From: Rhabdochlamydiaceae bacterium | GTDB taxonomy: Bacteria; Chlamydiota; Chlamydiia; Chlamydiales; Rhabdochlamydiaceae | Direction of reading: 5' to 3' | DNA length: 64,000 nt | NCBI GenBank assembly: GCA_047459655.1 | Contig: JAJREF010000002.1 | Location: 160,001 to 224,000, forward strand | Part shown: positions 1 to 11,376 of the stretch, in pieces | Position numbering within the stretch: the stretch's first letter is position 1 | Layout: each line of letters begins with the position of its first letter | Program-made: the position numbers and the translations under genes | Notes under the pieces: model-generated | What the model saw: only the letters and a program-made list of their open reading frames with translations | Databases searched by the model: none | What the model was told of the DNA's origin: nothing

Positions 1-1
1 A

Positions 2-904
2 AGTCTCATTCCCTCTGAATGGGCACATATCCTAAATCATTATTTTGACGCTGTTTTTGTCCCTGATAAATTCTTAATCGATGTATACAAAAATAGCGGC
101 GTTACTATCCCTGTGTTTGAAATCCCTCTAGCTGTTGATCTACATAAGTTTTATAATATGCCCCTTAAAATAAACAAAAACCATCCAATGGTATTTGGAA
201 ATCTCAGCACAGCTCTTCCAAGAAAAAATCAGGTCAAACTTATACAGGCTTTCCACCAAGCTTTCGGCAACTCTACAGATGTAAAATTAAAGATAAACAG
301 TAGGGCATCTGAAGAGGCTTGTACCAGAGCTATTAAAGAAGAGATTCGTAAGCTAGGAGCAACAAATATTGAATTTACCGAAGGTCCTTTAAAGGAAAGA
401 ACCTACTTGAATGTTTTCCAAAACATCGACTGTTATGTAAGCCTATCCTTGGGTGAGGGTTTTTCCATTCAACCGAGAGAAGCTATGGCATTAGGCATTC
501 CCTCTATTATCACAGACAACACTGGGCAGTCAACGATATGTGCAAGTGGGCTAGTCCGTACGGTACCATCTGCTAATACACGTCCAGCATTCTATCAACT
601 CTACCAAAATTATCATGGAGTATGCTACGATTGCACTCTTGAAGACGTAACATGCGCACTCAGAGACGTCTATGAAAATTACGATCACTATCTTCAACAA
701 GGATCTGCTGCAAGAGAATGGTCTAGAAAGTGCTCTTTTGATCAGCTCAAACCCTTGTATCTCGGCCTCATTAAGCCTAAAAGAATCATCTTGGGAACAA
801 TCAATAAGATCACACCCGATTGCTTATTTACTAATTCTAAGGAACTATGCGAAAAATTCAACAAATTGCTAGGAATCCCATTTGAAGACCATAGAGAAAT
901 TTAA
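2..904 (+). CDS. GT4-family glycosyltransferase, paralog 1 (5' end outside window)
   Basis: Frame open from base 2 (SLIPSEWAHILNHYFDAV...). PRKN and EGFSIQPREA (EX7E) motifs. Clearly paralogous to 5963-7210. Confidence 0.85.
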   Translation, partial: SLIPSEWAHILNHYFDAVFVPDKFLIDVYKNSGVTIPVFEIPLAVDLHKFYNMPLKINKNHPMVFGNLSTALPRKNQVKLIQAFHQAFGNSTDVKLKINSRASEEACTRAIKEEIRKLGATNIEFTEGPLKERTYLNVFQNIDCYVSLSLGEGFSIQPREAMALGIPSIITDNTGQSTICASGLVRTVPSANTRPAFYQLYQNYHGVCYDCTLEDVTCALRDVYENYDHYLQQGSAAREWSRKCSFDQLKPLYLGLIKPKRIILGTINKITPDCLFTNSKELCEKFNKLLGIPFEDHREI

Positions 905-2122
905 AGCCTTTATAAGATCGAGATTTGATATCTCTTTTGCAATCAGGACGCAGCTGTTTTTTTCCTGCCTAGCTTTTACCCTTTTGTCTTTTCACGCCTT
1001 ATCACTAAAAAGTCATATAAAAAACATTAATCATGATAGATCTATTTATGCCCGGTTTTTTGAACCATTCAAACAAGGACAAGGGGTAAAAAGAGCCCTC
1101 AAGGGCAGCAATCGATAGCTAAAATTATCCTTCCCACAAAGCTTGCAAAGCTTCCATTTGCCGATAAAAATAACGTAGTCGTAAGAACAAAAAAAATCAC
1201 GATTCGAAATATGCCCGCGCCTTATAACGCCTCCATCATCAAATATGGCTCAGGATACTTGATATTTTTTCGGTATGACATCAGGACTAATAAAGATAAC
1301 AGAGAAAAAAACTTCTCCTATATTGGATGCGCAGAATTAGATACTAATTTCGAGCAAACAGATAAAGAGTTTACCACACTTAATACCGGTAATCACCGTT
1401 CAGAAGATCCACGAGTTTTTTCTATAGGAGAAAAGACTTACCTTGTCTACACAGTCAGCACCTTCCCGAAGGGATGGTTTACCACAACGATGAATATTGG
1501 TGAGCTCGATTTAGAAAAGCGAGAACTAAAATTTAAAACCGATTTAGAACTCAATTGGACGCTTGTTGAAAAAAATTGGGGACCGTTCGAATACATTGAC
1601 AACAAAGGTCTTCCCCACCTTTATTTACAATATAGCCTTAACCCACATAAAATCCTTCAATTGCCTGATCCACAGATTAATCATTGCATTTATCCTATCT
1701 TTCCAAGAGAAGATGTTTTTCAAACAATTGAATGGGAAAATGATATTTTTGGATGGGGAAAATTAAGAGGAGGAACCCCTGCCTTAAATATTGGAAATGA
1801 GTATCTTGGGTTTTTCCACACCTGCTTTATTGATAAAGATAAAATGAGTTGGTACTCCATGGGAGCTTATACGTTCGAAAATCATCCACCCTTCCGCATT
1901 AAAGCAACTTCCCCTCACCCTATTCTATTTGATGGTATCTATGAAACCGCTTGCCTAAACACAGCTGATGCCACTAGAACTGTCATTTTCCCTGTTAATT
2001 TTGTGATTACAAATGAAAATGGTAAAGAGCTCATTCACCTATGTTGCGGGGAGAATGATTCTGCAATTAAAATCGTTACCCTTGACAAAGCCAACCTACT
2101 CAGATCATTAAAAAAAATATAA
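882..2122 (+). CDS. Five-bladed beta-propeller carbohydrate-active protein (GH130/GT91-like) with N-terminal hydrophobic anchor; one frameshift near 1085
   Basis: ORFs 882-1118 (TM segment) and 1211-2122 joined. Motifs YNASI, SEDPRVF, EKNWGPF, RGGTP, FFH, YSMGAY, CGENDS. Confidence 0.65.
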
Positions 2123-2133
2123 GGATTAGTTGC

Positions 2134-3356
2134 ATGAGATTAAATTTCAGTCCTTCCTTCATAATTAAGATTCATATTTTCATGTCTGTATTATTTATTG
2201 CTTTTTTATTAGCTATTTTATAGACATACAGAAAGAGGTAGGATTATCTAAAAAAGAAATAATAGGATATAGGCAGTTCTTTAACCACTATAAAAGAGAA
2301 CAAGAAGCTGCCAAAGCGGCAGTTATTGTACCTCAAGCTTTTCTTCCAGAACAGCTCCGACATATCCCCTATGCAGATGCACAAAATATTGTCTTAAAAA
2401 CTAAAAAAGTAACAGTTCGCAATGTTGCAGCGCCACGTAGCCCTTCTATTATTAAACACGGAAATCGGTATCTATTGTTTTTTTCCTATGGTATAGAAGA
2501 TAGCATTAACTCTTCTTATATTGGCTGCGTTGAACTAGATGAAAACTTTGAGCAGACAGATAAAGAATTTATAAAAATCAATACGTTTAATGATAGATCA
2601 GAAGATCCGAGAGTATTTCAAATAGGAAAAGAAACCTATCTCACATATACTAAGAATTATACAATTGGACCAGATGATGCTCCCTCCACAACTATGAACA
2701 TCGCCTCTATTAATTTGGGAAATTATCAGCTAAGGTTTAGTACAGAGTTAGAGCTTAATTTCCGCCTCGTAGAGAAAAATTGGGTTCCCTTCGAATATAT
2801 AAATACCAAAGGGATTCCGGCAATTTTTTTTCAATATGCTCTCTCCCCTCATAAAATTTTAGAGCTGCCAAACCCAAAAGTAAATCACCTTCTGCACCCT
2901 GTATTTTCTAGAAATGAGATTTTTCAAAAAACTCATTGGACAAGAGAATTCACGGGATGGGGTCCCCTAGAAGGGGGAACGCCCGCTTTAAAGATTGGTG
3001 ATACCTATCTTGCTTTTTTCTATAGTTCTTTCCCGGATAAAAATGGAGTAATTTGGGATACCCTAGGGGCCTATACATTTGAAAATACCCCCCTTTCAGA
3101 TAACAGCAATTTCTCCGTATCCTGATTTTATTTGCTGGCATCTATGATAATACTGGTACATCCATACGGATTAATAAAAAAACAGGCGATTTTTCCTGGC
3201 GGGTTTGTAATCGAAAAAAAAGGAAAGCAGGAGCTCATTCACCTCTCTTGCGGAGAGAATAATTCTACTATCACTATTGTTACCATAGACAAAGGATGTC
3301 TACTCAAGCAGTTAAAAAAAATTAAGGACACCCAGGCCTTACGTGAGCAACCATGA
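2134..3356 (+). CDS. Second beta-propeller paralog (GH130/GT91-like), frameshifted
   Basis: ATG at 2134 (MRLNFSPSFIIKIHIFMSVLFIAFLLAIL), then fragments 2475-3125 and 3132-3356 with SEDPRVF, EKNWVPF, GGTP, CGENNS. Confidence 0.65.
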
Positions 3357-4668
3357 AGTATATTCCACAATTTTTGCATAAAAATAGAACGTTTTTCTTA
3401 GTAGCCGTAGCCTTCGCATTACTCGCGTCTTCTTGTGTTATGGGTGCTTTTAAAATATGGAAAAAACACCAAAAACCCCCATTTAACTGTCCATCGGTGC
3501 CGTACTCATGCATGATGGGATAGGCAGTCAAGCTGCAGAACTGATAAATGCCCTGAAAAGGCGAGCTAGATATAGGATTTAAAAAGGCAATGGCAGGTTT
3601 GTAATAGAAGGAACACCTAAAAGGATACGCTCCATTCTTCCAGAACAGAAAAAGGCCCCTTGGGAAGGTAATTATATATGAGGATTGCTTAGGATATGGA
3701 AAATCATTTGAAGGAATTATAAAAGGTCCTAAGAACGACGAACATATCCGTAGAGCATACTCAATGTTTGAATCAAGTGAAATACCACCCGAGTGGGCGG
3801 ATAGTTTAAATACTTATTTCGATGCAGTTGCAGTCCCTGATAAATTTTTTGTGAATGTATATAAAAAAGTGGAGTAAAAATTCCTATCTTTGAACTACCT
3901 CTAGGTCTAAATCTAGATAGATTTCTTACAGCCCCCTTGAAAGCACAAAAACATTCCCCTATGGTATTTACCAATTTAGGCTCAGCTATTCCTAGAAAAA
4001 ACCAACACAAACTAATCCAAGCTTTCCATCAAGCTTTTGGGCATTCTCCAGATGTCAAGTTAAGAATTAATTGTAGATTTGGGAACAAGCAAGTGATCCA
4101 AGACATCCAAAGTGAAATAGATAAATTAGGCATGACCACCGTTGAATTCTCTATTGGAGAATTAAATGCAGATGCATACTTCAAAACACTACAAGACACT
4201 GATTGTTATGTAAATATATCTTCTGGTGAGGGCTTTTCAATTCAACCAAGACAGGCCATGGCTTTAGGCATACCCACTATTACAACTGATAATACAGCTC
4301 AGTCTACCATATGCCAAAGCGCTCTAGGACTTGTTGTACCTTCCTCACACGCTATTCCTGCTTTTTACCCTGATTTGCAAAATTGTTACGGCTCATTTTA
4401 TGACTGCACTGTAGAAGATGTAGCAATAGCTCTCAGAAACATGTATGACAATTACGACCATTACCTAGAGCAAAAAGAAGCTGCAAGAGCCTGGGCAAGC
4501 AAGTACTCTTATAAGCACTTAAAATCGCTCTATATTGGCATTATTGTCCCGAAGAAAATCATATTAGGCAATATGAATAGAATTACCCCCGACTGCCTAT
4601 TTGTAGATTCGGCACCGTTATGTGAAAAATTTAACGCACTGCTTGGTACCCCTTGGGAGACTGAATGA
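3353..4668 (+). CDS. GT4 glycosyltransferase paralog 2 with N-terminal TM; several frameshifts in the 5' half
   Basis: ATG at 3353 overlaps the upstream stop (MKYIPQFLHKNRTFFLVAVAFALLASSCV). ORF 3937-4668 has PRKN and EGFSIQPRQA. Confidence 0.75.
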
Positions 4669-5970
4669 GCTTCAAGAAAAAGTTGTTGCTTTCTTTTTCT
4701 ACCCTGCTTTTGATCGTTTTTATACCCATTTGTACAGTAAAATGGTTAAAAAAGCCCCAACAAACCACATCTTACGATCATAGGGTCTTTCCGCTCTGGC
4801 GATAACTTTGGAAGGTATTCCAATGAACTTGTCCACCTCTTGAAAGGAACTATACCCTTAGGGTTTAAAAAAATGGATCTCCTCAATCAGCAAATAGTCC
4901 CCAAAAAACAAGTAAAGCTCTTAAAAGCAAAAAAGGTTCCTTAGGTAAAATGATCTTGTACCAAGACTCTTTGGGAAAAGGGGGAATGTCGTTTAAGAAA
5001 CATATCAAAGGCCTGAAAAATTCAGCTAATATCCGTATTGCTTATTCTGTCTTTGAGTCGAGCCAAATTCCTCCTGAGTGGACCCTTGTCCTCAATTACT
5101 ATTTTGATGCCGTAGCTGTCCCTGATCAATATCTGGTAGATGTGTACAAAAATAGCGGTGTCACCATCCCTATCTTTGTACTGCCCTACCCTGTTAACCT
5201 TGATACGTTATATCAGATACCCCTAAAAAACAAAAAAAATTCCCCTTTTATTTTTGCTAACTTTAGTGACGCTACTCCAGAAAAAAATCATATTACACTG
5301 ATTAGAGCTTTTCATAAGACTTTTGGGAGCTCCTCCGATGTCAAGCTTAAATTATACAGCAGCTACAGCGACCCCATAATAGAGACAATAAAAAAAGAAC
5401 TCAGACTCCTTTCAACCTCAAACATAGAATTTATAGAAATCACGTTAAGCGAGGAGTTATATCTGAAAACTATTAAAAACATTGATTGCTATGTGAACCT
5501 ATCTCAAGGAGAAGGATGCGCCATTCAACCAAAAGAAGCCATGGCCTTAGGAATACCTGTCATTCTTAGTAATAACACAGCACAATCTGTTCTATGTAAT
5601 AGCTCTTTTGTTAAGCCCGTCTCCTCTCTAAATAAGGTTCCTGGTTTTTACTCTAAGTATCAAAATACCTATGGCGTATTCTACGACTGTAGTATAGCAG
5701 AAGCCTCTCAAGCACTGCGGGATGTTTATGAACATTATGATGAGTATCTGGAGAGAAAACAGAGGGTCAAGGGCATGGCTTAATCAGTATTCTTATAATC
5801 AGCTACAACCCTTATATCTAGGGTTGGTGAACCCAAAAAAGATAGTCTGGGGAAATATCAATCAAGTCACACCAGATCATTTGATAACCACCTCAAAAGA
5901 ACTATGTGAAAAGTTTGTCAATCTACTGGAGACTCCCTTCCAAGAGGACACAATAGGTAACTATGAATAA
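4665..5970 (+). CDS. GT4 glycosyltransferase paralog 3 with N-terminal TM, frameshifted
   Basis: ATGA overlap at 4665 (MSFKKKLLLSFSTLLLIVFIPIC). ORFs 4950-5783 and 5722-5970 with EGCAIQPKEA. Confidence 0.75.
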
Positions 5971-7210
5971 AAAGGCTCTACTCTGGTTTGCTTGTATTGC
6001 TATACTGGCCTCTATATTCACATTTTCCAAAACAGATCAGCCCCATTTAACAATACTTGGTCCAGTATCCATGGCAGATGGTCTTGGAAGACAATCCGTC
6101 GAATTAATAGACGCTTTGAAAGATCATGTAGATGTTAGCTTTAGATCAACAGGAACGTTCATCCTAGATGGAATTCCTCCTAAAATACAAAAAATCCTCA
6201 AAAAAAGGGCTCCTCTAGGAAGAGTTATCATATATGAAGATTTTCTAGTAGTGAATGGAAAACCTCTTGATAACAATATTACAAGTCTTAGAGATGACTC
6301 ATCCATACGTATTGCTTACTCCATGTTTGAAGCTTCTCTCATTCCTCCTGAATGGGCCCACGTCCTCAATCACTATTTCGATGCTGTTTTGGTCCCCGAT
6401 AAATTTCTAATCGAAGTTTACAAAAATAGCGGGGTCACCATCCCCATCTTTGAATTACCACTAGGACTCAATTTAGATAAATTTTATGAAGCACCTTTGA
6501 AAACTAAAAAAAATCATCCCATGGTTTTTGCAAATTTAAGCGCAGCATTTCCCAGAAAAAACCAGCTTAAACTCCTGAAGGCCTTTCATGAAGCATTTGG
6601 TAATTCTCCAGATGTTAGGTTAAAGTTAAATAGCAGAAATAGCGATCCTACCTATAGCAAAGCTATCAAAGATGAGCTACGTCTAATAGGAGCTACCAAT
6701 ATCGACTTCACGGAAATGGTTTTAGAAGAAGATCTTTATTTTAAGATATTTCAAGAGATCGATTGCTATGTCAGTTTATCTCTGGGGGAAGGATTTTCTA
6801 TTCAGCCAAGAGAAGCTATGGCCTTAGGAATTCCTATAATCATTACCGATAATACAGGGCAGTCCACCATATGCGCTAGCGGTCTTGGCAAAATAGTTCC
6901 TTCTTTAAACCAGGTGCCTGCTTTTTACCCAGCTTCTAAAGACTATTACGGCATATCGTATGACTGCAACCTAAAAGATGTTGTTATGGCATTAAGAAAT
7001 ATGTACGAAAACTACGACCATTACCTCCAAAAAGGAAACTCTGCAAGAAAATGGGCTAAGCAGTATTCTTATGACCAATTAAAACCCCTATATCTTACAC
7101 TCGTCAAACCCAAGAAGATTGTTTTAGGGAATATCAACAAGCTAACCCCAGATTGTCTATTCACTGACTCTGTAGAACTTTGCGAGAAATTGAATCGATT
7201 ACATTTTTAA
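5963..7210 (+). CDS. GT4 glycosyltransferase paralog 4 (intact), N-terminal signal/TM anchor
   Basis: 415-aa ORF. Starts MNKKALLWFACIAILASIFTFS; has DGLGR, PRKN and EGFSIQPREA. Confidence 0.85.
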   Translation: MNKKALLWFACIAILASIFTFSKTDQPHLTILGPVSMADGLGRQSVELIDALKDHVDVSFRSTGTFILDGIPPKIQKILKKRAPLGRVIIYEDFLVVNGKPLDNNITSLRDDSSIRIAYSMFEASLIPPEWAHVLNHYFDAVLVPDKFLIEVYKNSGVTIPIFELPLGLNLDKFYEAPLKTKKNHPMVFANLSAAFPRKNQLKLLKAFHEAFGNSPDVRLKLNSRNSDPTYSKAIKDELRLIGATNIDFTEMVLEEDLYFKIFQEIDCYVSLSLGEGFSIQPREAMALGIPIIITDNTGQSTICASGLGKIVPSLNQVPAFYPASKDYYGISYDCNLKDVVMALRNMYENYDHYLQKGNSARKWAKQYSYDQLKPLYLTLVKPKKIVLGNINKLTPDCLFTDSVELCEKLNRLHF

Positions 7211-7278
7211 ATCTTAAAACAAGTTCTTGATAAGAATAATACTCTAAAGCTACCATTCTGCTTTAAATCCTATGGAGA

Positions 7279-8022
7279 TTGTATATGCGCTTGTGTATTT
7301 CTTTTTGTTGCGCGTGCGTAATGGTTACTATTAATGGGTGCTCTAAGCCAGCAAAAACATCTATACCTCAAGAAAAAGCATGTTTAGAAAGAGATGTAGG
7401 CATTTCTCCAGGTCCTCTATTAGAGAAAGAATTTACCTATATTTATGATACTGCCAAGTGGGGATGTAATTCTGCAGGTGAAGGATCCTCAGGATATGGT
7501 TCATCTATCGAGAGCACAAAACTATATGTTGCCCTGTTAGAAGATTTTATACAGACACATAACATCAAGAGTGTAGTAGATGTAGGTTGTGGAGATTGGG
7601 AATTTTCCAGACATATAAATTGGGGTAATGCATCTTATGTAGGTTTTGATGTTGTACAACGTGTAATTAACAAGAATATTAGGAGCTTTGCACGACCACA
7701 TATTGCTTTTATCTGTGCCAATGCTCTAGAGACAGACCTCCCAACTGCTGATCTGTTAATTTGTAAAGACATGTTGCAACACTTGCCCAATAACGATATT
7801 CTAGCGTTTTTTAAACAGCTCCCAAAATTCAAATATTGCCTAATCACCAATGATATAGATCCAACAACTTTTACAAGTATGAATTATGATATAGAGCTAG
7901 CTGGACACTGGAGAACCATTGATCTAACAACAGCACCTTTTAATATCAAAGCCAAGAAAATATTGACTTACCTTACCCATAGCAATAACATGAAACAAGT
8001 TCTCTTAATTGAAAGGATATGA
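7279..8022 (+). CDS. Class I SAM-dependent methyltransferase with lipoprotein-like signal
   Basis: SSGYGS, VVDVGCGDW (motif I) and KDMLQHL motifs. N-terminus ends ...VMVTINGC. Confidence 0.8.
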   Translation: MYMRLCISFCCACVMVTINGCSKPAKTSIPQEKACLERDVGISPGPLLEKEFTYIYDTAKWGCNSAGEGSSGYGSSIESTKLYVALLEDFIQTHNIKSVVDVGCGDWEFSRHINWGNASYVGFDVVQRVINKNIRSFARPHIAFICANALETDLPTADLLICKDMLQHLPNNDILAFFKQLPKFKYCLITNDIDPTTFTSMNYDIELAGHWRTIDLTTAPFNIKAKKILTYLTHSNNMKQVLLIERI

Positions 8023-8025
8023 TAC

Positions 8026-8532
8026 CTATTTGAGCACCGTAAAAAGAAATTCCCTCTGATACCCCACCTGTTTCTCCAATAGCTCTCCTATTTCTTTCTC
8101 TGCGTTTTCTATTAACCTCTCCTGCTCATCTAGACCCATAGGAGGAACCTCTACTATCACTTCAATCTTTTTGCCATGGATGACAATATCTGAGCTGAGG
8201 TTTTTTTCAGGAAAGGATTGTTTCCAGTAGATGGCAATCAGCGAGCGAAGGAGTGCAACATCAGCTGCAGCTGTATGCTTATGATGCCTCATCTCTAGTT
8301 GGTAATAAGAGTGGCGGTTCATGAAGTAGAAACCGATGAGCAGGATAATGCCGAGGCCTAAGAGCCCAGATCCGAGGATAAGAAATAAAGCATCTCTTGC
8401 AGAGAAGAGAGACGCTAGCTTAAAGCGCATGTGGGGAACAAAGGGAAGGCATAAAAAAAGGCCCCCTGTAAAAAACACTACTGCTGTGATAAGTAACTGA
8501 ACCGTAGCAAACAGGGCTTGGCCTGATTTCAT
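8026..8532 (-). CDS. Membrane protein with 2 TM segments, AmaP-like partner of Asp23
   Basis: 168-aa ORF with two hydrophobic helices, directly downstream of the Asp23-like gene. Confidence 0.55.
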   Translation of the reverse strand: MKSGQALFATVQLLITAVVFFTGGLFLCLPFVPHMRFKLASLFSARDALFLILGSGLLGLGIILLIGFYFMNRHSYYQLEMRHHKHTAAADVALLRSLIAIYWKQSFPEKNLSSDIVIHGKKIEVIVEVPPMGLDEQERLIENAEKEIGELLEKQVGYQREFLFTVLK

Positions 8533-8544
8533 AGGGAACCTCTT

Positions 8545-8977
8545 TCAAAACTCGTCACTATAAACTTCTGTATCTACTTGCTCTTCTAAAGGTGTTGGAA
8601 CAATGAGGTTTTTAAAACGACACTGAACAAGACCGACGTGGAGTCCTGAGAGGCGGCCGATTTCTTTGGCGATTTTGAGTTGGATCTCTCTCTGCTTTTT
8701 CAGGAATGGAGGCGCCGTAGGCAATATTGACTTCTACTTTAATGTTCACGGAATGGCTTTTTGGATCTTGCTCGATATCGATGCAGCTAATGCGCTCTGA
8801 CAACTCTCTTCCAAAAAGATAATCAATCAGGTTGCCTTCTGCAAGGGCGATCCCCTTAATTTTTGTAAGGCATTGGAGTACCATGGCCTGAAAAACCTTT
8901 GTTTCAATGTCCCGAACAAAGGTTGTCTCTGGAAGTTGTAGTTCTTTCGTGTCCATTTGTTTTAACTGACTATGCAT
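8545..8977 (-). CDS. Asp23/Gls24 family envelope stress protein (frameshift near 8690)
   Basis: VNIKVEVNIAYGASIPEKAE motif. The shifted frame continues ...VFKNLIVP...SDEF*. Confidence 0.75.
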
Positions 8978-9048
8978 AATACTAGCTCCCGTTGAAAAAA
9001 ACCTATTCTATACCCGCTATATTATTTTGTTAAGGTCAATTTTTCAAC

Positions 9049-9076
9049 TTGACTTGGGAAGGCAACACTTTATGAT
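9049..9076 (+). promoter_or_regulatory. Putative sigma66/70 promoter
   Basis: TTGACT-16 nt-TATGAT just upstream of the ATG at 9085. Confidence 0.4.
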
Positions 9077-9084
9077 AGAGACCT

Positions 9085-9478
9085 ATGCATCAATTACCAG
9101 CGGAATACATTCTCTTGATCAGTCTCCTCATGGGCCTCCTTGCAGCTTATGTTGCAAAAAGGAAGGGAAAAAGCCCCTATGGATGGTTTTTTTGCGGTTT
9201 TTTCTTTGGGCTTTTAGGCGTTATTTGTATCTATTTTTTCTTGGGCAAAAAGAAAGAAGAAAAGGAGGTCGTTGCTATTCCAGCCCCCATTGATCCCCTG
9301 GCTAACAAAATATGGTACTATTTAGATCAGGATATGAATGCAAACCGGACCTATGAGCTATCCGGTTCTTAAAAAAGCTTGGAGTGACGGAGTTATTACC
9401 AAGGAGACGTATATTTGGAACCCCGATTTAGAGGATTGGAAACAACTAGAAGAAATCCTTCTAGAGCCTACCAGCTAG
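9085..9478 (+). CDS. Membrane protein with GYF_2/DUF4339-like domain (frameshifted)
   Basis: [18 protein letters not shown] hairpin, then WYYLDQD...GP...ETYIWNP..EDWK across frames. Confidence 0.6.
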
Positions 9479-9772
9479 CCTTAAATATTCCAGGAATGAG
9501 GCCCTTGTTAGCCATTTCACGGAAACATAGACGAGATAGTTTGAACTTTCTTAAAAAACCTCTTGCTCTTCCTGTGATTTGGCAACGATTGCGAAGGCGA
9601 ACAGGGAAGAGTTTTTTGGTAATTTATCGAGCGCTATTTGAGCTTGTACCTTGTCTTCGTCGCTCACAGTAAGATCCATCACGATCTTCTTAAGTTCTTG
9701 ACGCTTATCCCATTTAGACTTAACAAGTTGCTCTCTTCGTTTCTGTTTTGCAATCGAACATTTCTTAGCCAT
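9468..9772 (-). CDS. rpsN: 30S ribosomal protein S14 (frameshifted in assembly)
   Basis: [13 protein letters not shown]... joined to [30 protein letters not shown]...KASW*. Confidence 0.92.
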
Positions 9773-9909
9773 TATTTCTTTCTCCCTGGACCTTTTTGTC
9801 TTTGTTTGCGATTCGGATCTGTCTTGTTGATCACGTATATACGGCCACGTCTCCGAACAACTTTATCCCCTTTAGAGGGGTCAGCTTTAATTGAAGCTCT
9901 GACTTTCAT
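9772..9909 (-). CDS. rpmJ: 50S ribosomal protein L36 (zinc-free type)
   Basis: Hand translation: [45 protein letters not shown]. Confidence 0.93.
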   Translation of the reverse strand: MKVRASIKADPSKGDKVVRRRGRIYVINKTDPNRKQRQKGPGRKK

Positions 9910-10004
9910 GAACATCTCCATTCTACATTGAATAGGGAATTCTAAGGTTCTCTGTGATTTCTTCGCAACAATTTTCTTACAAACTATTAGAGCCCAGCCC
10001 TAAA

Positions 10005-10116
10005 GGAGCCTCTGGACAAGTACTTTGTCGGATATTGCCGATCAATTTTTTGAAGAGGACGATTTTGGGAAACGCAGCTAACATGCAGTTCGGCAAATGA
10101 CTTGTCCAGAGGCTCC
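10005..10116 (+). mobile_element. MITE family A, copy 1 (internally deleted, 112 bp)
   Basis: Perfect TIR GGAGCCTCTGGACAAGT...ACTTGTCCAGAGGCTCC with flanks TAAA/TTTA. Interior matches the other copies minus about 50 bp. Confidence 0.85.
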
Positions 10117-10277
10117 TTTAAGAAGTCTCATTTAACAAAACGAACTTTAATGTAAATATATAATTTTTTATACTATTATTAAAAAAATTTATATTATAAA
10201 AAACATCATCACAACTTGAATAAATTATCGATAAAATGGTAATATTAGATTTTAAAAAATAATATGAGGTAGGATAT

Positions 10278-10753
10278 ATGGATGTTGTTTTTAGAGAATA
10301 TAAGGGGTATAAGAGAAGCTTTAGCAATAACTGGAAAAGAGTTAACACAAGCTTTAGAAAACAGCTCTTTCACACAAGAAGGTCGAGCAGTCATTGATCA
10401 AAACAAAAGCCACATGGGAAAAACAAAAACCTCAGATCATCAGTGGTTGTGAAAAACTTCAAATTGTTGCTGGGTTAAATATTTTATTTACTATTTTATA
10501 CGCCTTCTACTCTAGAAAATTTTCTTTGTATAACCTGGCTTCCATTTATGGATGTGTTGAGTTTTCCCGCGCTTGCAGTACCTTAAAAAAACATCTTGTT
10601 AAATATGAAGCTTTATACTCATACGTTAATAAAGGCTCTCTAACGGACCAAGACGACAAAAATACATTAACTTCTCTAGAAAATCATTTTTTAATGGCAT
10701 TGAAAGCAGACCTGATCGGCAAATCTTTGATTATGTCTTTGATGGATCCATAA
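10278..10753 (+). CDS. Hypothetical membrane-associated protein (probable frameshift near 10390)
   Basis: GAGGTAGG RBS-like motif before ATG 10278. ORF 10394-10753 has a hydrophobic segment. Confidence 0.4.
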
Positions 10754-10850
10754 CTTCCTTTTTTCTGAAAGAAGGGTCCTCTTTTAACTTTTAACTTGTG
10801 TCTTTTATACCCTTTTGCGTAGACTACGCCTATTTTTGTGAGATATAACT

Positions 10851-10985
10851 ATGAAAAGAACGTACCAACCTAGTAAAAGAAAGCGTCAAAAGACATGTGG
10901 ATTTCGGAAGAGAATGAGAACTGCGAAAGGCAGAAAGATTTTGAATCGCAGACGGCGTCAAGGTCGCAAAGCCTTGTCTGTCTAA
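10851..10985 (+). CDS. rpmH: 50S ribosomal protein L34
   Basis: Hand translation: [44 protein letters not shown]. Confidence 0.95.
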   Translation: MKRTYQPSKRKRQKTCGFRKRMRTAKGRKILNRRRRQGRKALSV

Positions 10986-11011
10986 GAGATCCTCTAGAAG
11001 TAGGTGGTGCG

Positions 11012-11376
11012 TTAAAGCCCTCAAACTTCAAGTTCCCTAGATCAGCACGCCTTCGCAAGCGATTTGAGTATCAGCGTCTGTCCAAATTCGGTCGTCGTTT
11101 ACACGGCAAAGCTGTTTCTTTCGATTATAGAATAGAGGAGTATTGCCCCCCCGCCTTGGAATCACAGTGTCTAAAAAATACGGCAACGCTTGCAAGCGGA
11201 ACTTTTTCAAAAGGCTCGTGAGAGAAGCCTTTAGAGAACTATCTTCTCTACTCCCTCAAGGCATCGATGTGAACGTGCACCCAAGGCCCAGTCAGATGGC
11301 GATTTCAAAAAATATATTATTGAGTGATTTCACATTAATTATTCATGCTGAACCAAGAACAAAAAAAAGCAGTTGA
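11012..11376 (+). CDS. rnpA: RNase P protein component (frameshift at C-run near 11150; start uncertain)
   Basis: FPRSARLRKRFEYQ and PRLGITVSKKYGNACKRNFFKRLVREAFR motifs; follows rpmH. Confidence 0.88.
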
